From NCBI GenBank assembly GCA_964561545.1, contig CAZLQF010000006.1:177-64176 (forward strand): 64,000 nt of DNA, given 5' to 3'. The stretch comes from an uncultured Sphingobacteriales bacterium. Its GTDB lineage: Bacteria > Bacteroidota > Bacteroidia > CAILMK01 > CAYYUA01. The translations under genes and the position numbers were made by a program. This document shows, in pieces, positions 60,051-64,000 of this stretch (positions are counted from its first letter, which is position 1; every line of letters starts with the position of its first letter). The notes below the pieces were generated by a model. The model did not search any database, was not told the DNA's origin, and was given only the letters and a program-made list of their open reading frames with translations.

Positions 60051-61319
60051 CTAATAATTTCCGATAAAGAATAAAGCGAACCCTACCATGAAAACGATGC
60101 CAAGGTAGCTCAATATTCGCATGCCCTTAGAAGGTTTAGCAATATTGGGTACATGTTTGCTATTGATAAGCCTAAAATTAATAATCGCTAAAATGGGAGT
60201 TGTCAAAAATGAAAGGGTTGTAGCAAGGTCAACCATAAAAGTCATGGTGTTCCTGAGCACCCCTAAAAGGGCAATAGCTCCCCCGGCTACTGTAATAATC
60301 CATATCCAATAAGCGATGTCACTTTTGCCTTTGTGTTCAATTTTTGGATACAAAACAACGGAAGTCCGCATCAAAACCCTTGGAAATGCATCAAGGCAAG
60401 TGATGGTAGTACTAAACATGGTTGTAAATGCAGCGATCGTAATAATGTAGTAGGACCATGGTCCCAAACTTTCCCTATATAGGTTTACAAATTGCCCTGC
60501 AAAAACAGCACCTTTAGAAGAAAGGGTTTCACCACTTCCATACATAACAAAGGCCCCTAATGACAGAAAGCAAAGCGCCAGAAAAACAGTTCCCCAATAG
60601 CCCAAATGAAAATCGAAAAGCGATTCACTGATCTTTGGATTGTGTCCTGTAGATTTTTTGCGCTCAAGGGTCCATACTGAATGCCAAACTGCAATATCAA
60701 GGGGCGCAGGCATCCACCCCATCAGTGCAATTAAGAAAATGATCCCTTCCCGGTTCCATTGAAAAACATTGAGGAAACCAACTTCTCCGGAATAACCCAG
60801 TCGAATGGCCGCAATTACGGCTATTACGGTTGTTACAGATAGTACAACAATGATGATTTTCATAAGCTTGTCAAGAAAAGCATACTTTCCAACAAGAAGC
60901 ACCATCATACATATCACCAAAAGAATAGCGCTCCAAGCTACAGTTCCAATGCCAAGCCCAAATAAATGAGAAGCAAGTGCTGCGGTAACAATAGTAACAG
61001 CAGCTTGAATGGAAAACATGGTACCCACGGTCACTATCACAAATAAAGCAAGCGGCCAATTTCCTAATCTTTTGTACCCCTCTATCATGCTCTCCCCAGT
61101 TGCAACAGCATACCGAGGGCCATATTCAAAAAACGGGAACTTAAATATATTGGCAAGTAGCACAAAGCCAACCAAGGCAAATCCGAATTCAGCCCCAGCC
61201 CTTGTCGATTGTACGAGATGAGAAACACCAATAGCAGCACCTGCATACAACAACCCAGGCCCAATGGTCTTTAAAATACCGCTGAGCCGAAATTCCAGTT
61301 TTGAATTACCCATGGTCAA
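60051..61319 (-). CDS. NRAMP-like / APC-superfamily transporter
   Basis: GPGLLYAGAAIGVSHLVQSTRAGA, GWMPAPLD; about 11 TM. Confidence 0.85.
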   Translation of the reverse strand: MTMGNSKLEFRLSGILKTIGPGLLYAGAAIGVSHLVQSTRAGAEFGFALVGFVLLANIFKFPFFEYGPRYAVATGESMIEGYKRLGNWPLALFVIVTVGTMFSIQAAVTIVTAALASHLFGLGIGTVAWSAILLVICMMVLLVGKYAFLDKLMKIIIVVLSVTTVIAVIAAIRLGYSGEVGFLNVFQWNREGIIFLIALMGWMPAPLDIAVWHSVWTLERKKSTGHNPKISESLFDFHLGYWGTVFLALCFLSLGAFVMYGSGETLSSKGAVFAGQFVNLYRESLGPWSYYIITIAAFTTMFSTTITCLDAFPRVLMRTSVVLYPKIEHKGKSDIAYWIWIITVAGGAIALLGVLRNTMTFMVDLATTLSFLTTPILAIINFRLINSKHVPNIAKPSKGMRILSYLGIVFMVGFALFFIGNY

Positions 61320-61409
61320 ATTTGCCTTACAATTTACATTTTTCGATAAATATGCAAAAAGTCCTAAATGGAAATATTTAGGTGCAACCTATCATCATTA
61401 ACTGGACCT

Positions 61410-61444
61410 AAAAAAAGCCTGCCATTAAATGATAGCAGGCTTTT
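61410..61444 (-). terminator. Intrinsic terminator after tonB
   Basis: AAAAGCCTGC...GCAGGCTTTTTTT on the minus strand. Confidence 0.8.
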
Positions 61445-61476
61445 AGTTCTTTTATACTTAAAAAAATTGACCTTTT

Positions 61477-62142
61477 TTAATTCAAAGAAAACCGAATCGG
61501 TAAGTTAACCCTTACTTTCACTGGTTTGCCTCTTTGTTCACCAGGTTCCCATTTAGGCATGGTTTTTATCACCCGTTTCGCTTCTTCGTTCAACCCTTTA
61601 GTTATACCTTTTAGGATTTTTATATTACTGATCGAGCCATCTTCATTTACAACAAAGTTCACAACGACCTTGCCTTCGATGCCATTTTCTTTTTCCATTT
61701 GAGGGTACTCAATGTTGTTTGATATATAACGCATCATTTCTCCTTCCCCTCCAGGAAAGGTAGGGCTGTCTTCAACCACCATGAATATTTTATCATCTTC
61801 CTTAGCCTCTTCCTTGCCCTCTGGTAAGTTCATCGCCGTATTTTGGTCCATATCGACTTCTTTAATATCAGGTTGGTCTTCATCAACATCTACATCATCT
61901 TCTACAATTTCGATTTCCGGGGGTGCAGGAGGCGGTGGCTTTCGTTTCTTTTGCTGGGTAACATCCGCCACCATTTCATCCTCCTCAATTTCAAGATCAC
62001 TTGTTAACTCTTTTGTTTGTTGATCAAAAAAGCGCCATTCAAATGCCGTAATAACCAGGGCAATGGATACTGCTAAGCCAACCAAAAAATATTTTCCTAT
62101 ATTTTTGTCAATATTGGCTTTTTCTGTCTTTTTAGGTTGCAT
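61477..62142 (-). CDS. tonB: Energy transducer TonB
   Basis: KKTEKAN start, TM helix, PPPPAPP, C-terminal PTFPGG...YP...GKVVVNFVV...WEPG. Confidence 0.93.
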   Translation of the reverse strand: MQPKKTEKANIDKNIGKYFLVGLAVSIALVITAFEWRFFDQQTKELTSDLEIEEDEMVADVTQQKKRKPPPPAPPEIEIVEDDVDVDEDQPDIKEVDMDQNTAMNLPEGKEEAKEDDKIFMVVEDSPTFPGGEGEMMRYISNNIEYPQMEKENGIEGKVVVNFVVNEDGSISNIKILKGITKGLNEEAKRVIKTMPKWEPGEQRGKPVKVRVNLPIRFSLN

Positions 62143-62145
62143 AAG

Positions 62146-62541
62146 TCAATTTTTATTTCTTTCTGCTAATACTTTGCCATATATCAAATAAAATACAAAA
62201 ATGCCACTTAAACATCCCGTTATATCAGCTGTAATATCCTTCAACTCAATTGATCTTGAATCTATCATTGTATATTGTACAACTTCCAATAGCGCTCCAT
62301 AAATTCCAGCGATTAAGAAAGCTGCTTTAATGCCATGGTTATAAAGTGAACGATTCGTTTTACGCTTTTTAAAGCCTAACGCAAGCAAGTAAGTTAAAAT
62401 TGCAAAAAATGAAAAATGGGCAAGTTTATCAAAACTAAAAAACTTCCAATTTGGTGTATCCGGCATATTGCCACCAGGCATTAAGCAAAAAAGGCCAGTG
62501 ATAATAGCCCAAATGATAGCAGGTAGCAAATTGTTGATCAT
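62146..62541 (-). CDS. VanZ family membrane protein
   Basis: DKLAHF, LEVVQ, RS...DI.AD..G. Confidence 0.9.
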   Translation of the reverse strand: MINNLLPAIIWAIITGLFCLMPGGNMPDTPNWKFFSFDKLAHFSFFAILTYLLALGFKKRKTNRSLYNHGIKAAFLIAGIYGALLEVVQYTMIDSRSIELKDITADITGCLSGIFVFYLIYGKVLAERNKN

Positions 62542-62561
62542 CCGAATTAGCCAAATGCTGA

Positions 62562-62939
62562 CTATTCAACCATTTCTTTGTATTTCTCGGCCGACATAAG
62601 CTGTTCCAACTCTTCCTTATTGCTCATCTTGATCTTGATCATCCAGCCTGCTCCATAAGGATCTTCATTCACCTTTTCAGGTTCATCTTCTAATTTGGAA
62701 TTAAACTCTACAACTTCACCAGAAACCGGCATGTAAAGATCTGAAACAGTTTTAACAGCCTCCACAGTACCAAAAACTTCAGCAGCTTCATATGTTTCTC
62801 CCTCGGCTTCCACGTCAATATAAATGACATCTCCCAACTCACTCTGTGCAAAGTCGGTAATTCCTACGTAACAATGATCATCTTCAACTTTAACCCACTC
62901 ATGCTCTTTTGTATACTTTAATTCGGAAGGAAAATCCAT
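62562..62939 (-). CDS. gcvH: Glycine cleavage system H protein
   Basis: YTKEHEW, GITDFAQSELGD, VEAVK lipoyl lysine, DPYGAGW. Confidence 0.98.
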   Translation of the reverse strand: MDFPSELKYTKEHEWVKVEDDHCYVGITDFAQSELGDVIYIDVEAEGETYEAAEVFGTVEAVKTVSDLYMPVSGEVVEFNSKLEDEPEKVNEDPYGAGWMIKIKMSNKEELEQLMSAEKYKEMVE

Positions 62940-62993
62940 AAACTTGGTTTTTAATTTGGGCGAAAATACACAATATGAAACAAATTTAAAATA

Positions 62994-64000
62994 CTATCCA
63001 CCCAATGTATAACGTATCCTGAAGCCAAATTCTGTTCGCTTACGTGGAAAGCTATTGGAAGTTATAGGTCGATTAATGGTACGGTTGAAGAAAATATTAA
63101 GATTTAAATTTTTATTGATCACGTAATCGATCTTAGGCTTAATTTCTATTACATCGGTACCGCCAGTAGGTTGAGGCTCAACACGACCAACCTCTCTCAC
63201 GGTGTTCTTGGTCCTCCTGATTTGAAAGTCGAAACGGAAGTTCAAATCATTTTTTAGCACAACCTGTTCACCACCAACATCAAAAGGAAGAACGAATTCT
63301 TGAGTACGCCAGCCTATCCCTACTAAGAAGGCCCTGCTACGCATTTCAGTCAATTGGAGGTTGCGCAAGCTCATGGATAAGGTCCGCTCAAGTTTGTATT
63401 CAAACCTGGAAGACCAATTGTTAAGCCAAGTGATGTCAATACCCACCAAAGGGGACAATTGTTCGTTGATCGTTATTTGACTAACCTCATATTTCGGAAC
63501 AAAGGAACCACCGGCATCCAAATCGCTAACCTGAGAATTTGGATCGTAGTCAAGGTCTGTTTGGTATTGGTTTATGGAATAGTTGGAGCGGTAGGTATGG
63601 TTGAAATTCACACTTTTAATGTAATCCTCCAAAAATCCAAGCTCCCTGGGTCCGCTGAAATTAAGACGCCAATTAGGCGCTGGCACTTTAGGAAACAAGT
63701 CAAGGCTAACATTATTGGGATTTTTATCCTTGTAAGCTGCTATAAAAGCAGGAATGATAACTTGTTGAGATCCTGGCGTATAACCTTTGGGGAACTCAGT
63801 TGCAGTATCAATAACCCCACTCTCTGAAAGCCTATTGGCTATAGTTTTGCGATTGTCTTCGAATTGTTCAAAAGTTGGACTGGTACCATCATCATTTTCT
63901 CCAACAAATGAAGTAGGTAGCGACATAAAAGACATACTGAAGGTTCCCGATTCTGTAGGGCTAAAGGATCGAAATTCATCCCTAACGGCATCATACCGGA
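62994..64000 (-). CDS. sprA: T9SS translocon SprA (Sov), C-terminal part; 5' end lies outside the window
   Basis: Frame open to the window edge; SQQVIIPAFIAAY, PAPNW, INEQLSPLVGID, LKNDLNFRFDF, FRIRYTL; sprA-gcvH-vanZ-tonB synteny. Confidence 0.93.
   Translation of the reverse strand, partial: RYDAVRDEFRSFSPTESGTFSMSFMSLPTSFVGENDDGTSPTFEQFEDNRKTIANRLSESGVIDTATEFPKGYTPGSQQVIIPAFIAAYKDKNPNNVSLDLFPKVPAPNWRLNFSGPRELGFLEDYIKSVNFNHTYRSNYSINQYQTDLDYDPNSQVSDLDAGGSFVPKYEVSQITINEQLSPLVGIDITWLNNWSSRFEYKLERTLSMSLRNLQLTEMRSRAFLVGIGWRTQEFVLPFDVGGEQVVLKNDLNFRFDFQIRRTKNTVREVGRVEPQPTGGTDVIEIKPKIDYVINKNLNLNIFFNRTINRPITSNSFPRKRTEFGFRIRYTLGG

Overview
Mostly core chromosome of a Bacteroidota bacterium. Evidence: TAnnTTTG -7 promoter boxes, the split atp operon (atpZ/I-B-E-F-H-A-G), T9SS/gliding genes (sprE/porW, gldE, sprA), and the conserved HU-mutY-ssb-gldE and sprA-gcvH-vanZ-tonB gene orders. 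Many proteins are acidic, which may indicate a saline habitat. Contents: cyclophilin and secDF; a DUF547 gene plus a beta-barrel ORF; asnS/rpoN; a surface-polysaccharide cluster with a sulfotransferase; tenA-thiO-thiS-thiG; tRNA-Asn and tRNA-Arg(CCT), the latter followed by a probable decayed integrase; an orphan divergent HTH pair; ATP synthase; PBP1A, uvrC, rng; a 30-aa bS22 missed by the ORF track; rpsA, ispD, queA, trkH, apaG and the 3' end of sprA. Most notable observations: (1) the DUF547 gene ends on a slippery A9G run directly before its stop, and a -1 shift fuses it to the signal-less beta-barrel ORF, suggesting a recoded soluble/outer-membrane-anchored protein pair (a homopolymer sequencing error is not excluded); (2) rpsA has a perfect AAAGGAGG Shine-Dalgarno, exceptional for this phylum, and a ~150-aa Ser/Thr/Lys tail; (3) AsnRS carries a ~75-aa coiled-coil insertion. 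No CRISPR array, rRNA or intact mobile element was seen. All calls come from reading the sequence; no database searches were run.
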